DNA of 43,711 bases from Rhizaria sp. SCN 62-66 (taxonomy: Eukaryota). This document shows positions 1 through 12,400 of the stretch, one piece after another (within the stretch, counting starts at the first letter, position 1; every line of letters starts with the position of its first letter). Made by a program: the position numbers and the translations under genes. The notes beneath the pieces are model-generated. The model worked only from the letters and a program-made list of their open reading frames with translations. It had not been told where the DNA came from and made no database searches. The stretch is from assembly GCA_001724265.1 (NCBI GenBank), contig MEDY01000260.1, forward strand, positions 1 to 43,711, written 5' to 3'.

Positions 1-3000
1 GGCCACGGCCGCGGCGGACGCGGCCGCGGCGGCGCCCGCGGTCGCGGCCGCGGCGGAGGTCTTGCCGGGCGGCGCGGGGGCGGCAGCGACGGCCGCGGCG
101 CCGGCGGCGGAGGCCGAGGCCGCGGCGGAGGCCGTCAGCGCGGACAGCAGCGGGGGCAGGCCGGCACCGGCTGGGGTCGCGTCGTTGCGGGCCGCAAGCG
201 CAGATGCGGACGCAGAGGCGGAGGCGGCGGCAGCGGCGGCAGCGGCGGCGCGGGCGCGGGCGGCAGCCGAGTTCGCGTTGCTGTTGTTGCTGTTGCTGGC
301 GGCGGGCGAAGGTGCCAGAGCCGGAGCCGCCGGCGTGGCGGCCACGGAGCCCGCGCCGCGGCCCTTCTGCCCGGTAGCGGCGGCGGCGGCGTCGCTGCAG
401 GCGAACGCTGCGGCCGCGGGGGGCGCGGGCAGGTGCACGACGGCGGTGACGCCGACCGTCGCGGCGGCAGCCGTGGCGGCGGCGGCGGCGGCGGGCGCCT
501 CAGCCTCGGCGGCGGCCTCCGCGGCGGCCTCTGCGGCGGCAGTGGCGAGCGCCTGATTGGGCCAGGGCGTGGGCGGCAGCGCGCCGTCGGTGGCCGCAAA
601 CAGCGCCGCCGCCGTGGCCGCAGCGGCCGCCGCCGCGGGCGTGCCCTGGACGAAGACCGAGACGAGCCCGGCCGCGGCCTGCGCGCGTGCGAGCGCGGCG
701 AGCAGGGCCTTGACGCTCATGCCCGTGGCCGTGGTGATGGTGTGAGCCGTGTGCGGGCAGCAGCGCACGCAGCAGAAGCGCGACAGCGCCAGCGGCACCG
801 CCACGGCCGCGAACGCCTTGGCCACTGCGAGCGAAGTCAGGCCGCGGCGCGGCGCAGAGGAGGCGGGCGCGACGGAAACTAAGCCGCCCGCCAGAGCGCT
901 GCCGCCACTATTACTGTTACTGTTGGAGCTGAGAGAACTGTTGCTGTTGCTGTTGCTGGAGTTATTGCTACTGTAGTCCCCGGCGAAGAAGGGCGAGGCC
1001 GCCGAGGGGTGCGCGAGCCCGTGAGCGAGCGATGATAGTGCGGGCAGCCGCGCGCGGCCGGCCTCGGCGCGCAGCGCAGTCGCGCCGCGGCGGTCGCAGC
1101 CGCGGCGGCCGCTGCAGCGGCGCGTGGTGGCTGCAGCGGTGGCCGTGTTGGCGGCAGTGCCCGCGGTGCGCGTGGCGAGCGCCCAGGGAAAAGCCGAGCC
1201 CGCGGCGGTCATCACCACGGCCGCGGCCACGCTGGACCCCGCGCCCGCGCCCGCGCCGGAGCCAGCGCCAGCGCCGGAGCCGGAGCCCACGCTCGCAGCG
1301 GAGGCCGAGACGGAGGCCGCGGAGGCGAGCGGCGTGGGCGCGAGGGCGGCCAGGCCGCTGCCGGCGCCGCTGCCGCCGCTGCTGCTGCTGTTGCTGTATG
1401 AGTTGGCCGAGTGGGACGGCGGGAGCAGCCCCAGCGCGGCGAGCGCGGCGGCCGCGGCGGCGGGGCCCGTGCCCGCGGCGGCCGCGCCGGGGACCGGGTA
1501 CACCGCGGCGGCCGCGGCGGCCGCTCCGGGGCCCGCCGTGGCAGTGGCGGCACGCGAGAGACGCGGCGTGGGCAGCCCCGAGGCCGAAAGAGGCAGCCCG
1601 CCTTGGGAGAGGAACTGCGACTGCGAGGGCGCGAGAGTTGGCAGCGCGATGGACAGCGACGCGAGCGGCGTCGCGGGGGCGCGGCGGCCGCTGACGCGCA
1701 CGTTGCTGTTGCTGTTGCTGCTGGCGCTGGCGCTGGTGCTAGCGCGGGCGGGCGTGGCGGCCACGAGCACCGGACCGTCGCTGCCGCTGCCGCTGCCGCT
1801 GACGGCGTCGTCCTCGTCCTCGTCGCTAGCGGCGTCACTGTCGTCGTCGTCCTCGTCTTCGTCGTAGTCGTCGCTGTCGTTGGAGCCAGACGCGGCGTCG
1901 CTGCCGCTGTTGTCCGAGTCAGCGTCGCTGCCGTCCTCGTCCTCGTCCTGGTCCTCATCATCGTCGTCGTCGTCGCCGCCGCTGACGTCGGAGCCGTCGG
2001 CAGAGTCGGCGTCAGAGTTTGAGCCCGAGACCGAGGCGCTCACGTCCTCAGCCTCCTCCGCAGCCGCAGCCGCAACGGCCGCAGCCTCCGCCTCGGCCTC
2101 GGCCTCCTCGGCGGCGGCCTCCGCAGCGGCGACCGCGCCGGCGTAGGCGACCCGGACGCACTCGGCGCGGCCGCCACGGCCGGATCTGGCGCGGCGCACC
2201 CAATCCACAGGCCAGCCCTTGCGGCCCACGCCGCCGCGCCGCGCGAGCCGCAGCAGCACGCGCCGCGGCAGGGCGCGGGCCGCCGCGGCAGCCGCGGTGG
2301 CCGGCGCGACGTAGCAGTGCTCGCGCCAGAGCGGCACGCGCGCGTGCGAGTGCAGCAGCGCGGCGGGCAGCGCGGCGGCGGCGCGCGGCGGCAGCAGCGA
2401 GGCGGCCGTGGCAAGCGCGAGCGCCCAGCAGGCCGCGGCGTGCGGACGCACCGGGCTGGCGTACGCGCACGCGGCCGCGGCGGCCACGAAGACGGAGCGC
2501 ACGTCGTCGAGCAGCGCCGGGAAAGAGCGGTACTGCAGGCAGCGCGCAGCCACGGCCGCCAGACTGCGGCTCTGCACGGCGGCCGCCGCGGCCGTGCAGG
2601 CCGTGCCCGTCGGCGGCGGCCAGTAGGGCGCCAGCGCGGGCGCCGCGTCCAGCCGCGCCATGAGCGCCGCGCAGAGCAGCTGCGTGCGCGTCAGGCTCGC
2701 CAGCGGGGACACCGCAGCGTTACCACCTCCTGCACTGGCACTGGCACCCGCCCCACTGGCCGCAGCGGCGGGGGCGCGGGGACGGCGCGTGAGTGCGAGC
2801 GCGAGCGCGGCGGCGAGCGGCGCGGCGGCGGGCAGCGGGGGCGCAATTGGCGGCACGGGCGGCACGTAGTAGCAGCTCGTGCCGCCGCCACCGCCAGCGC
2901 CGCTGCTACCAACACCGCCGCCGCTGCTGCTGCTGATGTAGCTGTAGCCGAGGCGGATGTAAGGGTGCAGCGGCGCGGGCGCCTGCGTGCGCATGAAGCA

Positions 3001-6000
3001 GGGCGCGCGGCCGCGCCAGCTGCTGGCGGCGAGCACGCTGCCGCTCACGAGCGGGCTGTGTGTGTACGTGTGCGCGTGCGCGTGCAGCGTCTGGTGCTGC
3101 TGTGAATGCGGGTGGCTCGCGTAGGAGAACAGCGCGCCGCCGGGCCGGCGCAGCGCCTGCGCGGGGGCGCTCGGCTGCGGCAGCGACAGCACCAGCTGCG
3201 ACGGCGACGACGTGATGGAACCCGTGGCCGACGCAGACGCGGACGCAGACGCTGACGCAGACGCGGAGACAGAGGCAGCGAGGGCGGTGCCGGCGGCGAC
3301 GTCGGACATGAGCTTGACGCTGATGCCGCTGGCGGCAGCGGTCGCGGCCGTGGCGGCGGCAGCGGCGGCGGCTGCGGCGACGGCAGCAGCGGTGATGACC
3401 GCGGCGGCGGCGGCGGCGGCGGCACGGCCGGCCTTGGGGCGGTGGCCGCCCGAGCGAGGCAGCGGCAGCGGCAGCAGCAGCGGGGTCGTGGCGCCCGCCG
3501 ACGACGCCGCGGCGGCCGCCAAGAGCGACAACGACGAGAGCGCGGTCAGCGGGGCCGGGGTGGCGGCCGCCGCGGTAGCCAGGACGCCCAGCAGCGACGC
3601 CGGCGTGGCGTGGCCGCTGGCGCTGACGCCGACGCTGCTGCTGGTGCTGGCGCTGCTGGAGTGGAACGGCAGCGAGAGCAGCGCGGGGTCAACCAAAGTC
3701 AAGCCGTAGAAAAGCGCCGGCAGCGCGCACGCGTCCCCGGCCTCGTCGCCGCGGGCGTCAGCCTCGTCGCTGTCCGCCATCGCGCGCCTCTGCTGCTGCT
3801 GCTGCTGCTGCTTCTTATTAGAGTCAGCACTGCCGGGGGCGGCAGCGGCGGCAACGGGAAGCGGCTTGACGAGGGGCAGTCTGGCGCCAGTGGGCGCGTC
3901 CGTGGCGAGCACGGGCTCCAGCCACACGCCCGCCGCCACCGCGCTGCCCGCGGACGCGCTTGCGGCACCAACAGCGGCGGAGGAGTCGGCCGAGTACTCG
4001 TGCTTGAGCTCCAGCTTGACCGCGTTTAGCGGCTCCAGCTTCACGTCAAAGCCGTCCCCGTCCGCCGCGGCCGCAAAGTGACTGTGGCCGTGGCCGTGGC
4101 CGTCGCTGTGGGGCTCGAGCTTGACTCTGCCGTGTGTGGCGTCCGCGCCGTCGTCGCGGGCGCTGGCGGCGGCGTGCGGGTGGCGCGATCGGGACCGCGC
4201 GCGGCCGCCACTAGCGGCACCAGCGCCAGCGCGAGCCCCGCTCGCCGCAGTGCTCGCGCTTGACCGGGCGGCGCCAGTCTTGGCGGGCTCGGCGGGCCGG
4301 CGGGCGGGGGCCAGAGAGGGCGACTGCGACGCCGCGTCTGCGGTGACGGCGGCGACGGCGGCGGTGGCGGTGGCGGGATGGGCAGGAACCCAGAAGCTGG
4401 CGGCGCCGCTGCCGCTGCGGGGGACGGAGCCCGACTCGGACTTGACGGCAGCGTGACCGTCGTCGTCCTCGTCCTCGTCTTCCTCCTCGGCGTCGCTGTT
4501 ATCGACGTCGGCGTCACTGTCAGCGGCGTCATCGTCGCCGTCACCATTATCGTCATCATCGTCGCTGTCGACAATGACGCAGTCGCTGTCGTCGCTCTGC
4601 TCGTCCTCGTCATCGTCATCGTCGTCGCCGTCGCAGTCGCCGTTGCCGTCGCCGTTCTGGACGTCTTCGTCGCCCATGATCAGCACGACGGAGCGCTTGC
4701 TCTTGCTCTTTCTGCCCGCGGCCGGCGCCAGCTTGCCAGTGGCAACCACACGCGCAGCGCTAGCGTGAGAGCTAGAACTAGAGCTGGAGCGGGCAGGAGA
4801 CTTCGCGCTCTTGCTACGGGAAGCGGAAGCAGCAGCAGTCACGGCGCCGGCCTTCGCGCTCCTGCTCGCAGTCGCGGTCCCGGCCGCAGCTGAAGCGGCG
4901 GCAGCACCGCGCTTGGAGTCGGCGGCGGTGCGCTTCGCGGCCGCAGCCTCGGTCTTGACGGCGGACTTGGCAGCAGCGTGCTTGTCAGACTTGCTGTGTG
5001 TACTCTTCCCAGCAGCAGTAGTGGAGGTCTTGCCCTCAGTTTTAACAGCACTGGTATTCGCGGTGGTGTTGCCGGCAGCGGTGCAGAGCCTGTAGGTGCG
5101 CAGAAGCCAGAAGCGGCCGCTCTCGAGCAGCAGCAGCGGCGCGCGCACGTCCACATGACTGTGAGCAGCCGCCGAGTGACCGTGAGCAGAAGCGGTGGGG
5201 AGCACGGGGAAGAAGACGCTGCTCACGGTCGCGCCTGCGGCCACTGCGGCGGCGGCGGCGGCGCGCTCGCGGGCCACGGCGCCGCGGCTGTGGGCGGCCG
5301 CAGCGGCGGCGGCGCGCGCGGCCGCCTCAGCCTCAGCGGCGGCAGCAGCAGCAGCAGCGGCGGCGGCGGCGGCTGCCTTGCTCTCAGACTTGACAACGCG
5401 CTTGGAGCCTGAGGTCGACGCACTGGGCGCAGGGGCCGCGGGGGCCGGCAGCAGCGCCAGCGCGGGGCGCGGGGCGGCGGCCAGCAGCTGCGACGCTTGC
5501 CCGGCGGGCAGCTTCACCTGCGCAGTCAAGCAGTACATGCCACTTACACCTGCACTCGCACTAGAGCTAGAGCTCGGCGCCAGCAGCGCAGAGCCGTCGG
5601 CCGCAGCGGAGCCCGCGAGCGCGAGAGGATGCCAGCGCAGCGCGGCCGCGGGCAGGCTGAGCGGCGAGAGATACAGCGCGGCGAAAGACGGCGCCGAGGA
5701 CACGGCCGCGAGCGCCGCGGCGGGCGCCACGGTCACGCCGGCGACGGCGACGGGCGCAGGGGTGGGGCCGGCGCCCGCGCCGGTGAGGCTCGCGGACAGC
5801 CCCGCTGCGGCCGCGGCGGCGTTGGCGGCCGCGGTTGCGTTGGCCGCAAGCAGCGGCGCGGGCGGCGGCGGCAGCAGCAGCGCGGGGGCCGCGGCGGCGG
5901 CGGCGACGGCCAGCGAGGCCAGCGGGGGCACGGCGCCCGTCGCGGCGGCCGCGGCGACGGTGGCCGCAGCGGCCGCGGTGGCCGCGGCGGCGGGATCGGC

Positions 6001-6625
6001 CACGCGCGGCAGCTGGCGATATTCCCACAGCAGACGCTTGTTGCGGCCCAGTTGCGCCGCGAGACTGGCCTCGATGCCGCTGAGCCCGAAGTACGGCGTG
6101 TCGGCGGCCGCGGCGTCGGCGTCGTCCCCAGCGGCCGAGTCCGCGGCGGCCGCGGCCGATGCGGCGGCGGAAGCGGCCTGCAGCCCCACGGCGCGGAGCC
6201 CCACAAAGCGGCCCGGCGTGAAGCCGCCGTTGCCGCAGCCGGCCAACGCGGCGGCTGCGGCGGCGGAGGAAGCGGCGGCCGCAGCGGCGACGACGGCCGA
6301 GGCGGACGCAGGCGACGACGACGGGAGCCGCCCGAAGCCGCCAGTCGCGCTGTTGCCGATGCCGCTGCCGCTGCCGCCAGTCGCGTTGCTGTTACTGTTG
6401 TTGCCGTTGCCGCTGGTGTTGTTTCCTGAGGAGCCACGACCGCGGCCCCGGCCCCTGCCGCGCCCGCGCCCGCGTCCGCGGCCGGAGCCAGAGCCAGAGC
6501 CAGAGCCAGTGCGGGCGCTCACAGACGCGGTCGCAGTCGCCGCGTCTCCGTCGCCGTCGCCCTCGCCGTCGGCATCACCCTCGCCGTCGCCGTCGTTGTT
6601 GTCTTGATCTTCGTCGTCGTCGCCC

Positions 6626-6657
<32 letters not shown>

Positions 6658-6819
6658 ATCAGCGTCAGCGTCAGCGTCGGTGTTGGCGTCGGACTCGGCC
6701 GCAGCGGCGGCGGCGCGGGCGGCGGCGACGGCCTTGGCCTTGGCTGCGGCGGCCGCGGTGGCCGTAGCCGTGTTTCTCTTACCTTTCTTCCCGCCCTTCT
6801 TGGCCGCGGTCGCCGCAGC

Positions 6820-6857
<38 letters not shown>

Positions 6858-7406
6858 CACTGTCGGCGCTCTTAGTGAAGCGGCCGAGGGGACCGCGCGC
6901 GCCGGCGCTGGCGGCTGCCACAGGCGAGTCGTCGTCCTCATCGTCTTGATCTTCGTCGTCATCATTGTCAGTGCCGTCTTCGTCGTCGTCATCGTCGTCG
7001 TTGTCGCCGTCGAAGTCGGAGTGCGACTGCGAGCTCGACTGAGAGCGCAGCGAGAATGGGTCGCTGTCCTCCTCATCGTCATCGCCGTTGGTGCTGACAG
7101 CGTCATCGTCATCGCCGTCGCTCACTATCACAACGTCATCGTCGTCGCCGTCATCGTCAGAGCTGGAGCCGTACAGCAGCGAGCTACTCTTGCCGCCCTT
7201 GGGGGCGGCCTTGCTGGCGGCGCCCTTGCCGTGCTGAACGGCCTTGCCCTTCTGCTTGCTGTGACTCGCAGCTGCCGCAGCAGCTGAGCTCTTGCCGCCG
7301 CTCTTGTGCTTGTGACTGTTGCTGTTGCTGTTGCTGTTGCCTTGCTTCGCAGCAGTCGCGGGCGCGGGCTTGGAGCCCGACACGGCAGTCTTGGGACGCG
7401 GGCGCG

Positions 7407-7450
<44 letters not shown>

Positions 7451-7698
7451 GCGGGCCCGCGGACCGGCGAGGGGGGCGCGAACGCGGCCGAGACCGACGG
7501 CAGGCGGGGGCCGAAGAGCATGTCGGGTGACATGGCAGACGGTCGCGCCGCGGATGACGACGGGCGGCGCGCGGCGGCGGCGGCGGCGGCGGAGGCCGAA
7601 GCTGAGGAGAAGGTCGACTGGGGGTGGGAGGCAGACTGCGCAGAGGTCGGAGAAACGGGGGCGTCACCGCTGAAGAGACCAAGAATGGAGCGCAGCAT
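1..7698 (-). CDS. Giant low-complexity putative nuclear/chromatin protein, 3'-partial (>2566 aa), with a degenerate bromodomain-like segment
   Basis: ATG at 7698 (MLRSILGLFSGDAPVSP...) lies just inside an in-frame TGA at 7702-7704. The ORF track lists no minus-strand ORF ending in this frame between 1 and 7701, and spot translations show no stop, so the frame is open to the window edge. Contains acidic tracts, Lys-rich NLS-like tracts, an RG repeat (~6435-6482) and a bromodomain-like block at ~2395-2700 (LCAALMARLDAAPALAPYWPPP...SLAAVAARCLQYRSFPALLDDVRSVF...SPVRPHAAAC). Confidence 0.85.
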
Positions 7699-8900
7699 CC
7701 GTCAGGAAGAAGCGGTGGCTCGCGGCGCGCGGCAGCGGCGGCGGGAAACACGCGCGAGCTGACGGGCGGGCGGGCACGGGGGCGCAAGAGGCCGGAAGTG
7801 CGGGGGCGAGAAGGGACGACTTGAAAAGTCGGGATATGCGCGCCTTAGGAGACTATAGCGGAGCGGAAGTGCTGGGTGTGGAAAATATAGTAAAGGTCGA
7901 GCGCCAAAAAGCAAAAGAACCTCACTAAAAAAGCACAGGGAGAGAACAGTGAGGGTGTGTTGTGAGGGAATAATGAACAAGGTTGTTGTTGGGAGGGGGG
8001 TGGAGCGGTTATGACAAATGCGACTTGCGCACTGAAGCAGCTCTTGCTATAAGGGCCAAATAAGATGCGTTAGAGAGTGGGCAATAGAATAAAAATGGCA
8101 CATTCAAATAAAAATGTCAAAGGCTACTGATATAGTCCCGCGCAGCCAAGGTTGACATAAGAGAAGATACGAGTCGCGGTGCATAAAGAGACGTTTGAAG
8201 AGCTAGCGTGCCGGTATGATAATCCCAAGTTGTAAGCACTTGTCTGGGGCTATATCCGCCAGAAAGGTTCTTAACGCGCATGGTTACATAGTTGCTGTTG
8301 CTTCAGAGCCCCCAAGATTAGTGTGAAACTGAACATAGTGCTCCTGCCAATCGCCTCCTCAGAGTCCGAAGATGTGCCAGCAGCGCGCCGTTTCATCGAC
8401 AGAAAGAAAATAACGAGTTGAAATAGTCGCATAATTTGCTGTGCAATATACTCGTAATTTCGTCGCTTCAAATCTCAACAACCGGCCGGTATGGGCTCGA
8501 ATTTGCGTGAAACGGTCTCCCTAGCCCAACCCCAGTGAGCTCCCGGGGGGTAGCGTCAGGGCTCTGATCACACTGAGCGTCTTTAGTTCGGCATTTAAAT
8601 ACGCCAAATAATGTAAAATGTTGTCGCAAGCCTTACTTCTGAAAGCAGTCAAACTGTGGCTTTAAAACAGGCGCAGAAGTTTCCACTCGCAAAAAGTGTT
8701 TGTCGCCTGATTTTTTGCGAACCTGACTAGGCTGGGGGATGACCGTGGGCAGGGGAGAGCGACGAGGGCATGGGACGAACTATCCAGAGTGTTTTCAAAA
8801 GTGAGAATATCACTAAAGACCTTAAAAATACGTGCATCCACAATTTAAACATACGTTCTGTATAGACATTGTAGTTTAATTGTCACAATCGCTAAGAAAT

Positions 8901-9230
8901 GTTCAGCTGCTGGTCTGCGACTGGGCGGTGCACGCGTCGGCCGCGTTTCGGCGCTGGTGCTTCTTCCACAACAGGGTGACGCTGCTCTTCATTTCGGCGA
9001 ACAGCGCCGGGCTGCTCAAGCCAGTCAACTTTGCGTCAGTGTTTAGGCCGGAGACGTTTCCCGCGCGCGCGTTGTGCGTTTATGACTGCCATCAGCAGGC
9101 GGAGGAAGATAAAGATCTGGTAGCTGTCTCAAATGACGTTGTCAAGAGAACGCACGCTGCGCTGGCTGCGCCGCGCGGCATCCGCGCGCAGTGCGTGATC
9201 AAGGGCTTCAGGAAGATGCTCGATCTAGAC
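8901..9230 (+). mobile_element. Degenerate pogo/Tigger-type (DDE_1) transposase fragment
   Basis: Translation LLVCDWAVHASAAFRRWCFFHNRVTLLFISANSAGLLKPVNFASVFRP...IRAQCVIKGFRK follows the DDE_1 pattern LLxxD..sH......c..n.v.l.f.P.n.T..LQPLD..vF.p...I..gF.k, with QPLD decayed to KPVN. No N-terminal HTH and no TIRs seen. Confidence 0.6.
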
Positions 9231-9439
9231 GAGGAACATGAGCATGAGTGTAGTGCACAAGATGTGAAGTTATTTATCTTGAGTGGCCGAAAAACGCAAA
9301 ATCAGATAGATGTAGTAGAATAAAGAAAAGTCATATGTATGGATTTATATATCTTCTTGTTAATTGTTCAGCTCTGCACATCTTCAGCCTGTAATCGCGG
9401 CATCGATATGTAGTGGTTGGCGTGTCCTTTTCGAGCAAA

Positions 9440-12400
9440 TTACTCCATCTGGTCCCACAGCGAGCCCTTGACCGGGGCCACGACATGGGCCGACGGCGCG
9501 AGCAAACGTCCTCCACTGCTGCTGGAGTCGCTGCCTGTGACAGTGGTCGCAGTGCTGACGCCGCCAACGGCAGCGCATTCCCTGCTATCGTGAGCAGTAG
9601 CCGCAGGGCCAGTCTCTTCGTCATCAGGACCGCAGCCAATACCAATTCCACCAACGCCAACGCCAGCGCCAGCCCCTACACTGGTGCCAGCGTCTTCAGC
9701 CGCAGCCTCTGTCTTGGAGTCGGCACTAGAGTTACTCGCGGCAGCGCTGCTCGCGGGAACGCTACTCGCGAGCATGCGGCGGTTGTCCTCACCGGCCTTT
9801 GCAATCGCGACAGCGGCCGCGGAGGGCGCGATCGTGCGCTCGCGCGGGCCCTCGTCCTCAGCGAACTCGCACGCCTCTGCGCGAGAGCTCACGCCAGTCG
9901 CGCCGGCGCGCGCGGTCGCAGCGGTCGCGGCAGTGGCGGCAGCGGCGGCAGCGAACTCGGCCGCCGCGTTGCTGCTCGCAACTCCACTAGTACTGCCGCT
10001 GTTGTTTGACTTAAAGCGGCCGATGAGGGCCTCGTAGGCGGTGTGCGCGGCCGCGGCTGAGAGAGCCTGCGACGCGGCGCCGGGACGCGCGTCGCCGCTC
10101 ACGGTCACCGAGACGGGGCCCACGGTCACAGACACAGAAGTTAAGCCGTCGTCGTCAGCGGCAGTAGCTGCGGCAGCAGTGTCGGCGGCGGCCGTGGTCT
10201 TCGCGGCTGCGGGCGCCATGCTGGCAGTGACTGCAGACGCAGCGCTGCTGACAGCGGGAGCGGCGCTGGCAGCTGGGACTGCGGCCGCGGGACGGAAAGC
10301 GTTGAAGTCGTTTGCAGATGAGTCGACGTGGGTGTTCATGATCCAGTCGTCGTCCTCATCCTCGTCCTCGTCGTAGTCGTCCTCGTCACTGAAGCCGTCA
10401 TCTTCGTCGCCAGATGCATCGGCATCAGCGTCGTCGGCCGCGTCAGCGTCAACAATCGTGGTGGTGGCGGCAACAAAGAGCGCGGCATCGGAGACAGCGC
10501 CATCGCCAGTGGTGAAAAACGACGCAGAAACACATTCAACGACACTAACACCTCCAGCTCTCGCACTCGCGTTCGAATCAGACTTCGCAGCAGGCTTCTC
10601 GGGAGCGTCGGTCGCGCCGAGCGCGGCCTTGATGACTGTGCGCACCCCCTCCGGCCCCAAAGTCAGGCCGCCATCGCAGCCTTCGTCGAGCGCGCTCTGG
10701 ATCGCGCTGGCGTCCACAGTCGCGCTCGCGGCCGCAGCGGCGACGGCGGCGGCGGCGGCGGAAGCAGCAGCGGCTTTAACTGAGGTTTCCAGATCCTTGG
10801 CCGAGGCATGCGTTTGCGCGGCGGGTTCGGAGTGAATGCTCTGCTTGCTGTCGGCTGCAGCCAAACTTGACCTCGCCTTGGTACCACCTGTGTTAGAGTC
10901 ATTGCTGTTGTTGCTGTTGTTGTTGTTAGCGCTGTCGGTGTCGATCGAGAGTGGGAACGCCGCCTCGCAGAGGTACTGGAACAGCGGGCCCGCGGCAACC
11001 TCGCGGTCGCTGCTGTGGCGCAGCTCCTCCCAAAATGCCTCGTCCTCCACCGGCTCTGCCTCTGCAGCCTCAGCCTCAGCCTCGGTCTCGGTCTCTGACT
11101 TCTCGGGCTTAGCTTCAGTCTCAGTTCCATCGCCCTCAGGCTGAGACGTGGGTTTGCCGGACTTCGAATCGGGCTTGGAGACGGCGCCGTTGATCTCGTA
11201 GAACGTCTTGACGGCGCCCAGTCCGCCCATCTCGGCCACGAGCTGCCCCAGCCAGCCCTCGGCGACTTCCGCGTCGAGGTCGACGTCCACAAGCTTGTCG
11301 CCACCGTCCGCGCTCGCTGTGCTGCCGCTGGCGGACCGCGGGTTCGAGGTCAGCTTGCCGTCGGCGGACAGCGACAGACCGAGCGCGGGCGCGGACTGGG
11401 CGAGGATCTGCCGTAACGCGGTCAGCGGCGACGGCGGCCGGTCGAAGATCGACAACGGGTCCACGGCGTCGGGGAACTCGTGCGGCTCACGGTCACCCGC
11501 GGGGTACTCGTGCTGCTCACAGTCAGGCGCAGGAGCATTGTCACCGCTATTGTTGTTGTCGCCAGCAGTAGACACGCTCTCCGTGCTATCCGTGTCGTCA
11601 TCGGCATTGCTGTTGATACTGCTAGATTGGTTTAGGCGCTCTGAAGGCGGAGCGACCGTGAGCCGTGCCAGCAGACTACGCAGATACGATTGGTCACCGG
11701 CACTGGCGGCAGGATCAACGCTCGCACGCGCACTCGCACTCTCGCTCGCAGTGGCGCTAGTCGCATCGGTAGCTGCAGCGTCGACGTGCTTCTGAGTTTT
11801 GGTGTTCGCTGAGTCAGCGGTCGTCGCTGTCGCAGTCTCCGGCGACGCGAAGAAGTATCGCGCCAGCGCGGGCGAGGTGAAGCCCTCCCTGACCAGCTCC
11901 TGCCCGCGGCCGCCGCCCGCCACGCCGCCCTCCACGCCGCGCAGGGCGCAGAAAGCGGAGGGGAACGCGTAGTCCGCCACGCCCGCGGCCGCGGCGGCAG
12001 ACAGGGACTGCGACAGCGCAGCGGCGGCGGCTGCTGTCCCGCTTCGCGGTTGCGCACAGCGCTCTGGGGACGCAAGCGCGGCGAAACAGCGGCGGTGGCT
12101 CAAGAGCGCGGCGGCGCGGCCGAGCTGTAGCGCCGAGAGCAGGTGCTCACGGTCGCTGAACTGCTCACGGTCACTCTCGTGCTCGAGGTCAAGCCGCATC
12201 GCGAGGTCTAAGACGGACTCACAGTCAACCTCAGTCCCGCTCGCAGTCCCGCTCGCAGTCCCGCTCGCAGTCGCGTTCACAGGCACGGTCGCATCAGAGC
12301 TGGCAGTCACTGCGCCAGCCTTGTCGTAGGAAGAGGTCAGAGCAGCGGCTAAAGACGAGACAGCAGTGTCATTCGCAGCACTCGAGCTAGAGCTAGAGCT

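Noticed and set aside
62-7787. Many + strand and off-frame ORFs (e.g. 5195-6607, 470 aa) overlapping the giant genes; the same applies at 9413-13613, 20165-33623 and 38448-41935
   Set aside because: Antisense or shifted shadows of GC-rich Ala/Ser/Asp repeat codons; no domain motifs and mostly non-ATG starts.
8161-8275. Peptide ...YDNPKL*ALVWGYIRQK faintly like Tc1/IS630 NPIE.vW or a SWIB helix
   Set aside because: Too short, interrupted by stops, and ambiguous between families.
8495-8512. CACGCAAATTCG on the - strand resembling part of U6 snRNA
   Set aside because: No ACAGAGA box or rest of U6 at the expected distance; a 12-nt coincidence.
10030-10150. SVSVTVGPVSVTVSG...AAHTAYEAL resembling the end of a dsRNA-binding domain
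   Set aside because: Lacks the KKxA motif and the first helix; composition is low-complexity.
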